64,000 nt of DNA from a virus. Made by a program: the position numbers and the translations under genes. Numbering within the stretch: position 1 is the stretch's first letter; each line of letters opens with the position of its first letter. This document shows positions 30,695-41,204 of this stretch, in pieces. The DNA lies in IMG/VR virus record IMGVR_UViG_3300032116_000033, positions 70,894 through 134,893 of that record; one strand, 5' to 3'. The notes beneath the pieces are model-generated. The model made no database searches, was not told the origin of the DNA, and saw only the letters and a list, made by a program, of their open reading frames with translations.

Positions 30695-31576
30695 CTAGAG
30701 GTCGTCTGGCGACCTTAGACCCAGAAGGGTGGGAAACCTCGGCGCATCTTTGACGCCTGAGGGCTGATACTTATATTTTACCAGCTTGCCCACCAAAGTA
30801 TGCCTCTCGGCCCACAGCTTTGCCCTGAGTGCGTCGTCGAAGCCGGTGCCGATCTTGAACTCGATGCCGGACCTGAGGTCCTCGACTATGAGGGTACCGA
30901 GCACCCCCTTGGGAACGAGACCTGACTGAGCCTGACTTCGCTCCACTTTACCGAACGCGTCGGTCTTCGCCTCGTTAGTGTTGTGCATCTGCTCCTCGTA
31001 GCCCTTGATCCTGGCCTCCGAGTCCTCAAACCGCTTCAGCTTCAGGAGAAAACCTTCCTTCATCGTGGACCTACCGCACTTGTAGGGTCCTTCCAGCGAC
31101 CTCATCATCACGCCCTCGTAGCCGAGCGCCAGCATCTCGTCCTCGTACGACAGGAGATCGTCTACGCCGCATATCAGATTGTGCTCGACTATGGAGAAGT
31201 GCTCGCCCTCGAACGAGGACCTACACATCATGTCTGTAAGATCTTTATATCGCTTAGAGAAGCATCGCTTAAGATCTCCGATTACGTAGTCGAACATCGC
31301 GAACCTGAAGTTCGGGTGACCGTCTCGACTCATAACGCCCGACGAAGACTCGTGAAACGTCTCGCCGACCAGCAGCTCGCCGTCTACGCCGTCTGGCATC
31401 ACGTGCTCGACTATGGTGCGGATGTACGAGTTTGGTATGGGCTTGAACGTGCGGCTCAGGAGCTTACCGTCCACCTTGAGCGCGCGGATGCCGTCGAGCT
31501 TGGGCGAGGCCAGGACTGGGAACTTGATCTTCTTGAGATCTTCGGCTGCGACTGCGAGCATCGGTCTGGTTATCAT
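30695..31576 (-). CDS. lig: ATP-dependent DNA ligase
   Basis: PMLA, KLDGIR, DGEL, FD, EGVM, LLKLK, IGTGF, PRFP. Confidence 0.95.
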   Translation of the reverse strand: MITRPMLAVAAEDLKKIKFPVLASPKLDGIRALKVDGKLLSRTFKPIPNSYIRTIVEHVMPDGVDGELLVGETFHESSSGVMSRDGHPNFRFAMFDYVIGDLKRCFSKRYKDLTDMMCRSSFEGEHFSIVEHNLICGVDDLLSYEDEMLALGYEGVMMRSLEGPYKCGRSTMKEGFLLKLKRFEDSEARIKGYEEQMHNTNEAKTDAFGKVERSQAQSGLVPKGVLGTLIVEDLRSGIEFKIGTGFDDALRAKLWAERHTLVGKLVKYKYQPSGVKDAPRFPTLLGLRSPDDL

Positions 31577-31643
31577 GTTTAAACCTCGTATGTTTCGCTG
31601 CTCATGTATCGGATCGGTATATAATCACTATGGAGGAGTTTTT

Positions 31644-32033
31644 ATGGCAGACAAGATGAAAGACCCTAAGAACCTGATGCACTACCTTTTGACGACCCAC
31701 GCACCGCTCATCAACCAGACCATAAACAGCCTAAAAGGGACCGGAAAACTCCCCAAGGACATGGAAGACTGGGAGTTTCACGAAGCGGGCATGCGCGGGC
31801 TGATGGAGGCTGTAATGGACTACAAGCCAGAGGTTGCCCAGCGGACCATGCCTGACTCAAAGAACCCGTTCGCGACGTTCGCCAGAACCAGGATATCGGG
31901 CCGTATCCAGGACCACGCTGACTCCATGCATCAGATCCCCAAGCACATCCGCCAGCAGGCCAAGCGGTTCGAGGCCCAGAGTCAACCCCAGGCCCCAGTA
32001 ACCACACCAAAACCGGACACAGAGAAACCTTAG
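31644..32033 (+). CDS. FliA/sigma-28-like protein consisting of region 2 only
   Basis: AG..GLMEAV..Y.P, FATFA..RI.G.I.D......IP..IR; ends without regions 3-4; GGAGGAG RBS. Confidence 0.65.
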   Translation: MADKMKDPKNLMHYLLTTHAPLINQTINSLKGTGKLPKDMEDWEFHEAGMRGLMEAVMDYKPEVAQRTMPDSKNPFATFARTRISGRIQDHADSMHQIPKHIRQQAKRFEAQSQPQAPVTTPKPDTEKP

Positions 32034-32374
32034 TCTTCAGAGCGAAGGATCTCGTCGACCTGCCGATCGAAGCTGGCGAGGAACGAGATCTGCTTCGCGT
32101 TGTCGACGACCTGGTTCATCAGCGGATCCTCGAACAGCGGATGGTTCGCACCCACGATAAACTCGCACAGTCGGTTCCTGAGATTGTTCTGAAGACCGAT
32201 GAGGATGTCTCTGTCGATCTTGCTGTTGAACGCGGTCTCGAACTCTTGAAGAGCTTTAGTGAACTCTGGCGACGGTTCGATCGCGAAGTGCTCGATGAAA
32301 TCTCTGATGTTTCTGCAGTCCTCTGCGTCGATGAAGAGATCTGTAAGCGGCGTAAATTGCACATCATTTGTCAT
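32030..32374 (-). CDS. Hypothetical protein
   Basis: GGAG RBS before MTNDV; TATAAT upstream. Confidence 0.5.
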   Translation of the reverse strand: MTNDVQFTPLTDLFIDAEDCRNIRDFIEHFAIEPSPEFTKALQEFETAFNSKIDRDILIGLQNNLRNRLCEFIVGANHPLFEDPLMNQVVDNAKQISFLASFDRQVDEILRSED

Positions 32375-32641
32375 GATTTTCTCCGTTTTTTGTCGTGATG
32401 AAGGCATTATACAGACGATGACGTGTTTAGATCGCTGGCCCAGGTAGAATAAGGATCAGGACAAGTAATGACACGGAGTTCTAGAAATGCGCACCCCATC
32501 GTACACCTACAGCGTGAAAACCACGACAAACATATCCTCGAATAGTCTCTATTATTTCACCGTTACATCATCAGTATAATCTATAAACCTGAGATCACAG
32601 GCTATACTACAGTAGTCTGATCTTCACCAACGAGGCGTGGA

Positions 32642-33631
32642 ATGCTCACCGCACCGCGATTAGTTTATCGTCCTTTCTTGTATCCGCAAGCCTTCGAGTA
32701 CTTCTCGAAGCAAGCCATGGCTCACTGGGTTCCGACCGAGGTCTCGATGGCGGGCGACATCCGCGACTACAACGAGAACCTCTCGAGCGCAGAGCGAAGC
32801 GTCGTGATCAAGATCCTGAGACTCTTCACGACGCTCGAGATCGACGCCGAGGAGTATTGGTCCAGCCACGTCGCCAAGTGGTTCCCGCATCCTGAGATCC
32901 AGCAGATGGCCTCGCTCAACGGCGGTATGGAGGCGATACACATCTGGGGCTACGACTATCTCTCCCAGAGTCTGAACCTTCCGCTGTCTGAGTACGAAGC
33001 CTTCCTGAAGGACCCGGCGATGAAGGCGAAGAAGGAGAGGCTCGGCGAGGTTCTGTCGAAGACCGAGACACTCGAGGACAAGGCACTGAGTCTCGCGGTC
33101 TTCTCCGCGTTCACCGAGGGTGTGTCGCTCTTCTCGTCGTTCGCGGTTCTGATGTCGTTCTCACGCTTCGGCAAGCTCAAGGGCGTCGCGAACATCGTGT
33201 CGTGGTCGGTGAGAGACGAGTCGCTTCACTCCGAAGCAGGATGCTGGCTCTTCAGGAAGCTGATAGAGGAGAACCCGCAGATAATGACAGACAAGCTCAG
33301 ACACGACATCCTGGATGCTGCGCGTCAGACCGTCGAGCTCGAGGACGACTACATCGACTCCGTGTTCTCCGAGGGCGAGATCCAGGAGCTCTCGTCCAAG
33401 GACCTAAAGGCGTACATCCGCTTCCGCGCCAACACCAAGCTCGAGGACTTGGGTCTCAAGCGCAACTGGCGCAACGTGGACATGCAGGCCGTTAAAAGAA
33501 TAACGCAGTGGTTCGACATAATGGTGAGCGGCGGCGAGCACGCGGACTTCTTCGCGCTCCGCAGCACTGCCTACTCCAAGGGGCACGTTTCTTGGAACAC
33601 GATCAACTTCGACGAAAGGGCGTATCGATGA
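32642..33631 (+). CDS. nrdB: Ribonucleotide reductase class Ia beta subunit
   Basis: W.P.E, EAIH..Y, EG..LFSSF, RDESLH, DFF. Confidence 0.95.
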   Translation: MLTAPRLVYRPFLYPQAFEYFSKQAMAHWVPTEVSMAGDIRDYNENLSSAERSVVIKILRLFTTLEIDAEEYWSSHVAKWFPHPEIQQMASLNGGMEAIHIWGYDYLSQSLNLPLSEYEAFLKDPAMKAKKERLGEVLSKTETLEDKALSLAVFSAFTEGVSLFSSFAVLMSFSRFGKLKGVANIVSWSVRDESLHSEAGCWLFRKLIEENPQIMTDKLRHDILDAARQTVELEDDYIDSVFSEGEIQELSSKDLKAYIRFRANTKLEDLGLKRNWRNVDMQAVKRITQWFDIMVSGGEHADFFALRSTAYSKGHVSWNTINFDERAYR

Positions 33632-35319
33632 GTCTGCAGGATCTGAAAGACAGAGGGTTGGCCCCAGAGTGGCTCACTGAGCCCGGATACCAGACGCTGT
33701 GCGGCGGGTATCTGTTGCCCGGTGAGAGCCCCCGCGACGCGTGGCGCCGTGTAGCGGTGTCAGCTGCTGCGCATCTCAGCAAGCCGGAGATGGCCGACCG
33801 CTTCTTCGATGTCATGTGGAACGGCTGGCTGTGCGCAGCGACGCCGGTCCTGTCGAACACAGGAACAGAGCGCGGACTTCCGATAAGCTGCTACTCGATA
33901 CACGTCGACGACTCTACCGACAGCATCTTCACCAAGAACCACGAGCTCGCCATGCTCAGCAAGTACGGTGGAGGCGTGGGCATATACATGGGCGACATCC
34001 GTGCCGCAGGGTCGAAGATCTCTACGGGCGGGACCACCGAAGGCCTCATACCGTTCGCTAAGGTCTACGACTCGACGATCATCGGCGTCTCGCAGGGAAA
34101 CATGCGCCGAGGTGCGGCCGCAGTGTATGCTCCGTGGTACCACGGCGACATCGCTTCTTTCCTGCGGATGCGGAGGCCTGAGGGCGACGTCAATCGTCAG
34201 TGCATGAACCTGCACCACGGAGTCTGTCTCGACGACGATTTCTTCGAGAAGCTGAAGGAAGGCGACGAGAAGACGCGAGAGCTATGTCGCGAGATCTACA
34301 AGATGCGACTCGAGACCGGAGAGCCTTACTGGTTCATGTCCGGCAACGTCAGGCGCAATAGGCCTGAGGCTTACGTCAAGCACGGACTCGAGGTCCACAC
34401 GTCCAACATCTGCAACGAGATCTACCTACACACCGACCCAGACCACTCCTTCGTGTGCTGTCTGAGCTCAATGAACCTGGCCAAGTATCACGAGTGGAAG
34501 GACACGGACGCGGTCTACGTCGCGACCTGGTTCCTCGAAGGCGTGATGACAGAGTTCATAAAGAAAGCGGAAGGTCGCCCAGGCTTCGAGGCTGCGGTTC
34601 GCCACGCCAAGAAAGGAAGAGCGCTGGGTCTTGGTGTGCTAGGCTGGCACACGCTCCTGCAGTCCGAGATGGTGTCGATGGGAGACTTCAGGGCCACGAT
34701 ACTCAACCGCGCGATCTTCAAGAAGATGAAGGAAGAGGCCACGAGGGCTTCAAGGGACATGGCCAAGGAGTACGGCGAGCCGCAGTGGTGCAAGGGCACC
34801 GGCATGCGCAACACCCATCTTCTCGCGATCGCACCGACCGCGTCCAACTCTATAATCTCTGGAAACGTGTCTGCTGGCATCGAGCCGATCAACGCCAACG
34901 CGTACGTCAAGAAGACCGCCAAGGGAACGTTCATCGAGTTCAATCCGCTCCTGAAAGCGCTCTTGGCCAAGAAAGGCAAGGACGACGAGCAGACGTGGAA
35001 GACCATAGTCGAGGACGGAGGATCGGTCAGGAACCTGTCGTTCCTTGACGATCAGGAGAAGGCCGTGTTCCGCACCGCCTTCGAGATCGACCAGCGCGTT
35101 CTGATCGACATGGCAGGCGATCGTCAGAAGTACGTATGCCAGGGCCAGAGTCTCAACCTCTTCTTCTCGGCAGACGTGGACCCGCAGTACTTCCATGAGG
35201 TGCACATGCGCGCCTACGAGGCGGGCCTCAACGGTCTATACTACGTGAGATCGAGCTCGGTCCTGAGGGCAGACATCTCTTCTCGCAGCGCCGAGGACTG
35301 CGTGGCCTGTCATGCATAG
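33628..35319 (+). CDS. nrdA: Ribonucleotide reductase class Ia alpha subunit (short form, no ATP cone)
   Basis: ATPVLSN, PISC, GGGVG, SNICNEI, IAPTAS, CQGQSLN, LYY, C-terminal CVACHA. Confidence 0.95.
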   Translation: MSLQDLKDRGLAPEWLTEPGYQTLCGGYLLPGESPRDAWRRVAVSAAAHLSKPEMADRFFDVMWNGWLCAATPVLSNTGTERGLPISCYSIHVDDSTDSIFTKNHELAMLSKYGGGVGIYMGDIRAAGSKISTGGTTEGLIPFAKVYDSTIIGVSQGNMRRGAAAVYAPWYHGDIASFLRMRRPEGDVNRQCMNLHHGVCLDDDFFEKLKEGDEKTRELCREIYKMRLETGEPYWFMSGNVRRNRPEAYVKHGLEVHTSNICNEIYLHTDPDHSFVCCLSSMNLAKYHEWKDTDAVYVATWFLEGVMTEFIKKAEGRPGFEAAVRHAKKGRALGLGVLGWHTLLQSEMVSMGDFRATILNRAIFKKMKEEATRASRDMAKEYGEPQWCKGTGMRNTHLLAIAPTASNSIISGNVSAGIEPINANAYVKKTAKGTFIEFNPLLKALLAKKGKDDEQTWKTIVEDGGSVRNLSFLDDQEKAVFRTAFEIDQRVLIDMAGDRQKYVCQGQSLNLFFSADVDPQYFHEVHMRAYEAGLNGLYYVRSSSVLRADISSRSAEDCVACHA

Positions 35320-35490
35320 CATGTGGACCGCCAGGGTATACGGCGAGCGAATCAACACAGACTGCTGGGTGAAGTCTACGTGCGTCTTGCACAACACGAT
35401 GAACGTGATGTACCTGCTGGGTATATTATCTCAGCAGCCGATGATGATCGACAGCTACAGGGCAACGATGAGGATGGGTGAGGATAAGAC

Positions 35491-35745
35491 ATGGCGTTAG
35501 TCATACCGATGATCAAGAAGACCGTAGAGACAAAGGTTCTCGCAGCGTTCCAGAAAGAGTTCGGCTCTCTTCAGGGAGACAACTCGGCCGCGATGGAGAG
35601 CTGGCAGAAGCAGGCTAAGATCGCCGGTGAGATCGCCGGCGCCATAGTCGAGATCCTAATGACCCAAGCCGAGGTAGCGCCCGGTATTCCGGTTGCTACG
35701 CCGGTTGGGCCGGGCGCTACGACCGGGCCTGGAAAGATACTGTGA
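35491..35745 (+). CDS. Small putative structural protein
   Basis: V.PGIPV...G.G.T.G.GKI C-terminus typical of small spike-associated phage proteins. Confidence 0.45.
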   Translation: MALVIPMIKKTVETKVLAAFQKEFGSLQGDNSAAMESWQKQAKIAGEIAGAIVEILMTQAEVAPGIPVATPVGPGATTGPGKIL

Positions 35746-35987
35746 TCTATTTCTTGGGTGTGAGACGGTAGGATCTCTTGACTGATTTGTTGGCCTTCTC
35801 TCGCTCGAGCTTGAGCTTCTCTTCTTTCTCTTTGTTTGCTTTCATGATATCTTCGAAGCTGAAGTCTTTGTCCGGCGGAGGAGCTGAAGGTGTCTCTGCT
35901 GCAGGCGCATTTGCCTTCTCTTCTCGTTTGGCCGCCAGCGATACGACGTTGTCTTTTCCTTGGTTCTTGTCTGTCATATCATCTCCG

Positions 35988-36374
35988 TTATTCATGCTTC
36001 ATGCAGGCCGTCGTTATCCAGCCTTTCTTGGTCAGTCTGCCTGGTCTTCCGCACGTCTCGCAGACACGCATCGACTCTTCCTCGTACCTTGCGGTGATGT
36101 CCATTATCTCCTGGGTCGGGCACGAGACCGTTATGCGAAGCGAGCCGTACTTCTCCTTTACGTCTGTGATCCTTGGAACATACTCTGGGTCTACTTCCGG
36201 CGGCATCCTTGCGATCTCTTGCTCGATCTCGAAGGCACATTCAGCTATGAGCTCGTGCCACCCTTCCATGACCGATATCACCGGCTTGTCCCTCATGGCT
36301 ACAGGATAAGACCTGTAGAGGTCCTCTACGCTGGACTCGAAGTCCTTCAATGGTGTCGGTTCTTTACTCGTCAT
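35988..36374 (-). CDS. Conserved-type phage protein with Zn ribbon
   Basis: GW..LI, VKEKYGSLR, S..VCETCG.PG....GWI.T.C..H. Confidence 0.65.
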   Translation of the reverse strand: MTSKEPTPLKDFESSVEDLYRSYPVAMRDKPVISVMEGWHELIAECAFEIEQEIARMPPEVDPEYVPRITDVKEKYGSLRITVSCPTQEIMDITARYEEESMRVCETCGRPGRLTKKGWITTACMKHE

Positions 36375-36655
36375 CCACCTGATCCGTTGAGTCGACTGTC
36401 GCGCTTCCAGTGGTTCGATATGAGTCCGCTGAGGTACGCTGTCAGACTTGCTCTGTCGGCCATTCGTTTCTTGTTGGAGTCTTTGTCGGCGAACGATATC
36501 AGACCCTGATCTGCGTAGTCCAGCATCTTCAGCGTAACGAGCTTCCGTATCTCTCTTGGCACAGCGTCTTTTGCAGCACGCCCTGCCATGTCGATGTTAG
36601 CCTGCCTCAGGATCTCGATGGTCGCTTGATATACTGCTTCTTTCTGAGACATCAT
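36371..36655 (-). CDS. Short paralogue of the 49964 and 51516 early proteins
   Basis: SQKEAV ... Y.SGLISNHWKRDSRLNG. Confidence 0.7.
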   Translation of the reverse strand: MMSQKEAVYQATIEILRQANIDMAGRAAKDAVPREIRKLVTLKMLDYADQGLISFADKDSNKKRMADRASLTAYLSGLISNHWKRDSRLNGSGG

Positions 36656-36921
36656 AGCTTGAAGCCCTCTCCAGGTTTCTTTACATCTGAGGTTATACTG
36701 CCGTAGCAGTTTCTTGACTCGCTTAGTCGATCGTACAGTCCTGACTTAGTGTTCATGATGTGGTCACTCATCTGCCTGTTTAGTTTTTTGAGCTCGGTCA
36801 TTACCGCGGGATCAGTATACGTGACGTAGTGAGAACTGTACGGCATGAAGTATCCGACTGCAAAACCCACACACACGATGAACGCCATCAGCAGAAAAAA
36901 CAACATAAACACCTCTCATGA

Positions 36922-37143
36922 TTATTCTTTTTCATTGTATCTCTCTATCGCCTTGATAGTATCGGCAGACGGGTCCCTCGACGCAGCCCATACATTAGAC
37001 GCAGCGGCAGTGGTTCTGCCTATGATGTATATCGCGAGTATAGACGGGAGCATTATCTCTATGTTGACGTTCTTGAACCAAGCCAGAAGCAGGCATCCTA
37101 CGACCGATATAAAAGTCAGTATAAAAGACATCTTGTTTTTCAT
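36922..37143 (-). CDS. Two-TM small membrane protein (holin-like)
   Basis: Two hydrophobic helices and a charged C-tail. Confidence 0.45.
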   Translation of the reverse strand: MKNKMSFILTFISVVGCLLLAWFKNVNIEIMLPSILAIYIIGRTTAAASNVWAASRDPSADTIKAIERYNEKE

Positions 37144-37169
37144 GGTGAAGACCTCCTTCACCAATCTTA

Positions 37170-37706
37170 TCATTCCTCGGCCCTTAAGCTACAAGCGCTT
37201 AATTTTTCAAGCTTTTCACTGTACAAGAAGTCTCTTATCAGCATCTCCCAGTTCTCAAACATATCATCGTCGCTCAGCATAGACGGGTTCATTATGTGGA
37301 GCCGGTCTTCTACGTGAGGCATCTCCATCAGACAGTGCCCAAGCTCGTGCCACACTAGGATCTTGAACTCCAGAGACTCTAGATCGTACCGCGAGCTCGT
37401 CACGATCACGCGCCTGAGGTTGTTGTCGTACACGATGCACACGCCTACGACGTCAGGATCGTTTGGAGAGACCCTCTTCTTCATGACTATGTCGATGGTG
37501 TTTGAGAAATTTACGGCGCACTTCTCCGCGTACTCCGTCATCCTGCAGTACTGGAGGAACTCTGCCACGTGCGGTCTTATGTTGTCGTCGACCTTGTCGA
37601 GCTCCGCGTCCTTGGTGCTTACGTACAAGACCCTGGTGTCAGGATGCTCGACACCGCAAGCTGCCAGCGCGACATAAATCACGAGACCGACTAATTTAGT
37701 TCGCAT
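37170..37706 (-). CDS. Lipoprotein metzincin-like metalloprotease
   Basis: Lipobox LAAC; HELGHCLMEMPH and IMNP Met-turn. Confidence 0.75.
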   Translation of the reverse strand: MRTKLVGLVIYVALAACGVEHPDTRVLYVSTKDAELDKVDDNIRPHVAEFLQYCRMTEYAEKCAVNFSNTIDIVMKKRVSPNDPDVVGVCIVYDNNLRRVIVTSSRYDLESLEFKILVWHELGHCLMEMPHVEDRLHIMNPSMLSDDDMFENWEMLIRDFLYSEKLEKLSACSLRAEE

Positions 37707-39063
37707 ACGGCTATAGCCTCCCCGTTTACAACGGCAAATTTTCCTGTGAACTCGGCGTCGAACGCCTCGCACTGGGTGTGTAGATCCGGTATGTCCGCTT
37801 TCACGAAGGCAGAAGGAAAGAAGTAGAAGAGGACCAGCATGAACACGACGAACAAGAAAAGCAGGATCCTGGCCTTCTCAAGGATGGACGCTTCGGTCCA
37901 GAGCTTTATCATCATGGCTCCTCTCCCTAAACCCGCAGATTATGGCGTACTCTTGCACGGACGTCTTCGTGATCTTCACTGCGCAGTGAAGAGGCGAGTA
38001 GCGTCTCCTGCACCCGTCGTTCATGAGCTTCACCATCGACTGGTCATAGTCTGTCCACGGCTCAACGTCTCCCAAGACGACTATGGTGTCTGGGCAGCTG
38101 GAGTAGACGACTATCGGGATCTCTTTCGGCAACGGCTCGAGTGTCGGGACCGTGTCGTGGGTCGCGCAACCAGCCGCGATCATCGCTGAAAGTATCGCTT
38201 TTTTCATATGACCTTCATCTTCCTTAGCGGTGAAACGAACTTTACAATGAACACGTCTCTTATGTCTCTGTCGATCTTCTTCCTCGCCTCATCGAGCGAG
38301 AAGACCCGTATATAGGCCCAGTCGTTGACCGGCATAAACACGTACGGCGTGTCGACCGTGTACACGAGCTTCGGCCCGAAGACGGTGCTCTTGTAGTTCG
38401 CGTATATCTTCTTGCCTCTGTAGACCTCGACAAGAGACACACGCTCAGCGATCCTGCAGAAAGACACTGCGATGTAGTCGCACAACAGGACCAACAGCGC
38501 TGCCTTCAGCAGGATCAGCATCGTCATTCTTTGACTCGCTCAGAGTTTATGCACTCTACTGCTTTGTCGTAGATGCGGTCGCAGTACGCAGACGAAGCGT
38601 CGGTGCTCTTGGTCTCGCCGAACTCGGTCGCGATCACAAGCCCCATGAACACGCCTACCGACATAAAGAAGATCGCCAGGATGATGTGTCTTATAATGTT
38701 CATATGCAACTCCCATGATGCACACGGAATTATACTATATGATCACGTCTTTCTCTCGTTGTACTGGCCTTTTCCAGTGAACCTCAGCTGGGTCCTTGGA
38801 TCGTGCGCGAGGCCCAGCGACCTTATCTTCGCGGCCTGCTCTGGTGTAGGGTTGCGTACGAGCTGGAAGTGATAGTCGGTCTTGCCGTCTGCAACGAGGA
38901 CGGCTACGTGGCGCTTCTCGTAGGACTGTGAGTCGCAGCAGTCGCACAGGTTTGCGTATCCCCATTTCTTGCCCTTCGGAATCTCGCATTCGCAGTCTAT
39001 GCAGATCGCCATAAAAGCTCCCGTGCTGCGTGAGACGCAGGTATGTGTTTTGTTCTTGGGATC

Positions 39064-39603
39064 TTAGGATCGGATCATTTCGTGCACGAGCTCGAGCAAC
39101 GAGCCGTAGTCGTCGTACGAGACCTTGGCGTCTATAGTGTCGTTCTCCAAGAGCCACGGATATAGACTTACGTCTATGGCGATCGCCTGCTGCTCGTTCT
39201 CGTAGCGGCCTCTTGGATCGTAAGGCTTGGTGCGTGACAGGAATATGTTCTTGTGGTTCGTTCCGGCGGATCTTCTGGAGTGTTCGATGAAGGCTTTTGT
39301 GGTGCTGAGAAGATAGTCCTCGCCTCCGTAGTGCTTCTGGTAGAACGCGCAGAGCATCAGGGGACTGTCGGTGACTATGACGTCGACCTTACCGTAGAGC
39401 AGCGACTCTCGGTACGACTGCTCGCCCAGGAGATGGAGCTGGTTGAGAGGCGTGACGCGTCTGTCTCCCCAGGCCCAGTCCTTCACGTACTCTCTGACGA
39501 GCTCTACGTTGACCTTGGATGTCTTAAGGTCGCCGAACAGTCTTGCCGCGGTGGTGGATTTTCCGGTGCCAGGGCCTCCGAACAGGTTCACTACGAGTGT
39601 CAT
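39064..39603 (-). CDS. P-loop nucleotide kinase/NadR-like ATPase
   Basis: NLFGGPGTGKST, EYVK, VTDSPL, R.KPY...GR. Confidence 0.7.
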   Translation of the reverse strand: MTLVVNLFGGPGTGKSTTAARLFGDLKTSKVNVELVREYVKDWAWGDRRVTPLNQLHLLGEQSYRESLLYGKVDVIVTDSPLMLCAFYQKHYGGEDYLLSTTKAFIEHSRRSAGTNHKNIFLSRTKPYDPRGRYENEQQAIAIDVSLYPWLLENDTIDAKVSYDDYGSLLELVHEMIRS

Positions 39604-40145
39604 CGCCGTCTCCTAGATGTGCTTCCACATGATGTATATAGCGATCATGAAGACCACCAAAGTTCCTACCGGAGATCTTGCTGCCTCGAATATCATCACA
39701 GTGATGCCGCTAAGTATCGTCGTCTCGGTCATCGTTAGCCTCCATGTCTTGTCTCGACCCACATCTTATACACTCCCACGCTGACGAGCGACACGTCGGG
39801 TCCTGAACTTGATTGTGGTGAGTGTATCCGTCGCAGTGCTCGCAGCAGGCGGACGTGCCAGACATCTCATGCTCCCTTGATCTTTGGTGCTCGATCGCCG
39901 AACTCGTTCGTGAGTGCTTCTTGCGCCATCTCGGCGGGCGTCATGCCGTCTTGCCACCAGGCATAGTACGGAGCGTCGGCAAGGCAGCGGCGATCCATGC
40001 CGACTGACTCGGTGAGGCACTCGTCTACTTTTAGGAGAGCGGATGGGAAGTGTGCTACGTACTTGTCGTATCGCTTTGCGTTTGACTTGCTCATTTGAGA
40101 TCTCCTATTGATTTATGTAGATCAATAGGATCGGAAATTTAAAGG

Positions 40146-40216
40146 TGTTGAGGCCGGTCGCATGTCCTCACCAGATTACGGCCATATCTGGGCTGTTGGT
40201 TGTTGAGGCCGGTCGC
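40146..40216. repeat. 16-bp direct repeat TGTTGAGGCCGGTCGC (40146-40161, 40201-40216)
   Basis: Exact duplication of the 3' end of the tRNA-like RNA. Confidence 0.9.
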
Positions 40217-40377
40217 GACTCCGGCAATGACTTCCAAGGTGGTTCATCAGGTACGCTCCCAAGTCCGGGCTCGCCTTCCAGTTTTCATCTCCACCTTGCT
40301 GCGTGTCTCTAAGGGGTATCAACTGATGTTTACATTTGGCTGCTGCCCCAAACCCTAGGCTCCCACGCCGCTCAACA
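40197..40377 (-). ncRNA. tRNA-like structured RNA (181 nt) with encoded 3' CCA and enlarged D and anticodon arms
   Basis: 7-bp acceptor TGTTGAG/CTCAACA + A + CCA; T-like arm GCCGG/CCGGC; GCGTG/CACGC and CAAGGTGG/CCACCTTG stems; TATAAA directly upstream. Confidence 0.55.
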
Positions 40378-40388
40378 TATCATTTATA

Positions 40389-41204
40389 CTAAAGGTTCTT
40401 GACCGCCCAGTCAGAGATCGGTGATCTCAAAGTCTTCTCGAGGTGGATCGCACCGACCAGCGATGATCCCTTGCTTTTCTGGAGGAGAATCTCCATCGAC
40501 TTCGACTGCACCCGCTCGAAGGTCTGGGTCTGATCGCCGAGGAGTATGATCTGCGTTCCTGCAGCCGCACGGGTGACGATCTGCTTGATGATGGAGATGT
40601 CGAGGTTCTGGACCTCGTCGATGATGATGATCGCGTTCGATATTGAGCGACCCTGGATGAAGGTTATGGGTGTGATCTCGAGGATCCCGCGCTCGATCAT
40701 CTTCTCGATCATGAAGCTGTCGTAGCCGCAGTTGACGAAGTTGTCGTAGAACGGACCGAGCCAGGGCATGACTTTGTCTTCCATATCACCCTTCAAGAAC
40801 CCGATCTCGCGGCCGACCGGAGTCATGGACTTGGCGATCACGATCCTGGAGATCTTGTCTTTGCTGTTGAGTCGATGAAGCGCGTGAGCGCACGCTAGAA
40901 GCGTCTTGCCTGACCCTGCGACTCCGCTGAGTATCGTGAGATGGATGTCTGGCTCTGACAGAAGGGCCAACGCTAGGGTCTGTTCGGTGTTCTTGGGGTT
41001 TATGCCGCATGGGTAATGCTGGCGGACTTTTACGACGTAGTCGCCTCTCACGAGGCCGTGCTCCTTGGCACCGGCACCCTTCAGGACCACACCTTGGTTG
41101 GGGTGAAAGGTCTCGCTCGTCTTGAGCGAGTCGATCCTCACGCGCCCGTCTTTGAACCAGTCGTTCCAGCCCTCAAAGTCTTCTACAACCACTACGTGCT
41201 TCAC
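40389..41204 (-). CDS. phoH: PhoH-family ATPase
   Basis: PKN.EQ, GVAGSGKT, IGFL.G, QGRSI, DEVQN, GD..Q, RS. Confidence 0.9.
   Translation of the reverse strand: MKHVVVVEDFEGWNDWFKDGRVRIDSLKTSETFHPNQGVVLKGAGAKEHGLVRGDYVVKVRQHYPCGINPKNTEQTLALALLSEPDIHLTILSGVAGSGKTLLACAHALHRLNSKDKISRIVIAKSMTPVGREIGFLKGDMEDKVMPWLGPFYDNFVNCGYDSFMIEKMIERGILEITPITFIQGRSISNAIIIIDEVQNLDISIIKQIVTRAAAGTQIILLGDQTQTFERVQSKSMEILLQKSKGSSLVGAIHLEKTLRSPISDWAVKNL

Noticed and set aside
33508-33627. Extended N-terminus of NrdA in the ORF track
   Set aside because: It overlaps nrdB; ATGA coupling at 33628 is the more plausible start
32642-35319. Introns or inteins in nrdAB
   Set aside because: Both ORFs are continuous and compact, with no intein motifs
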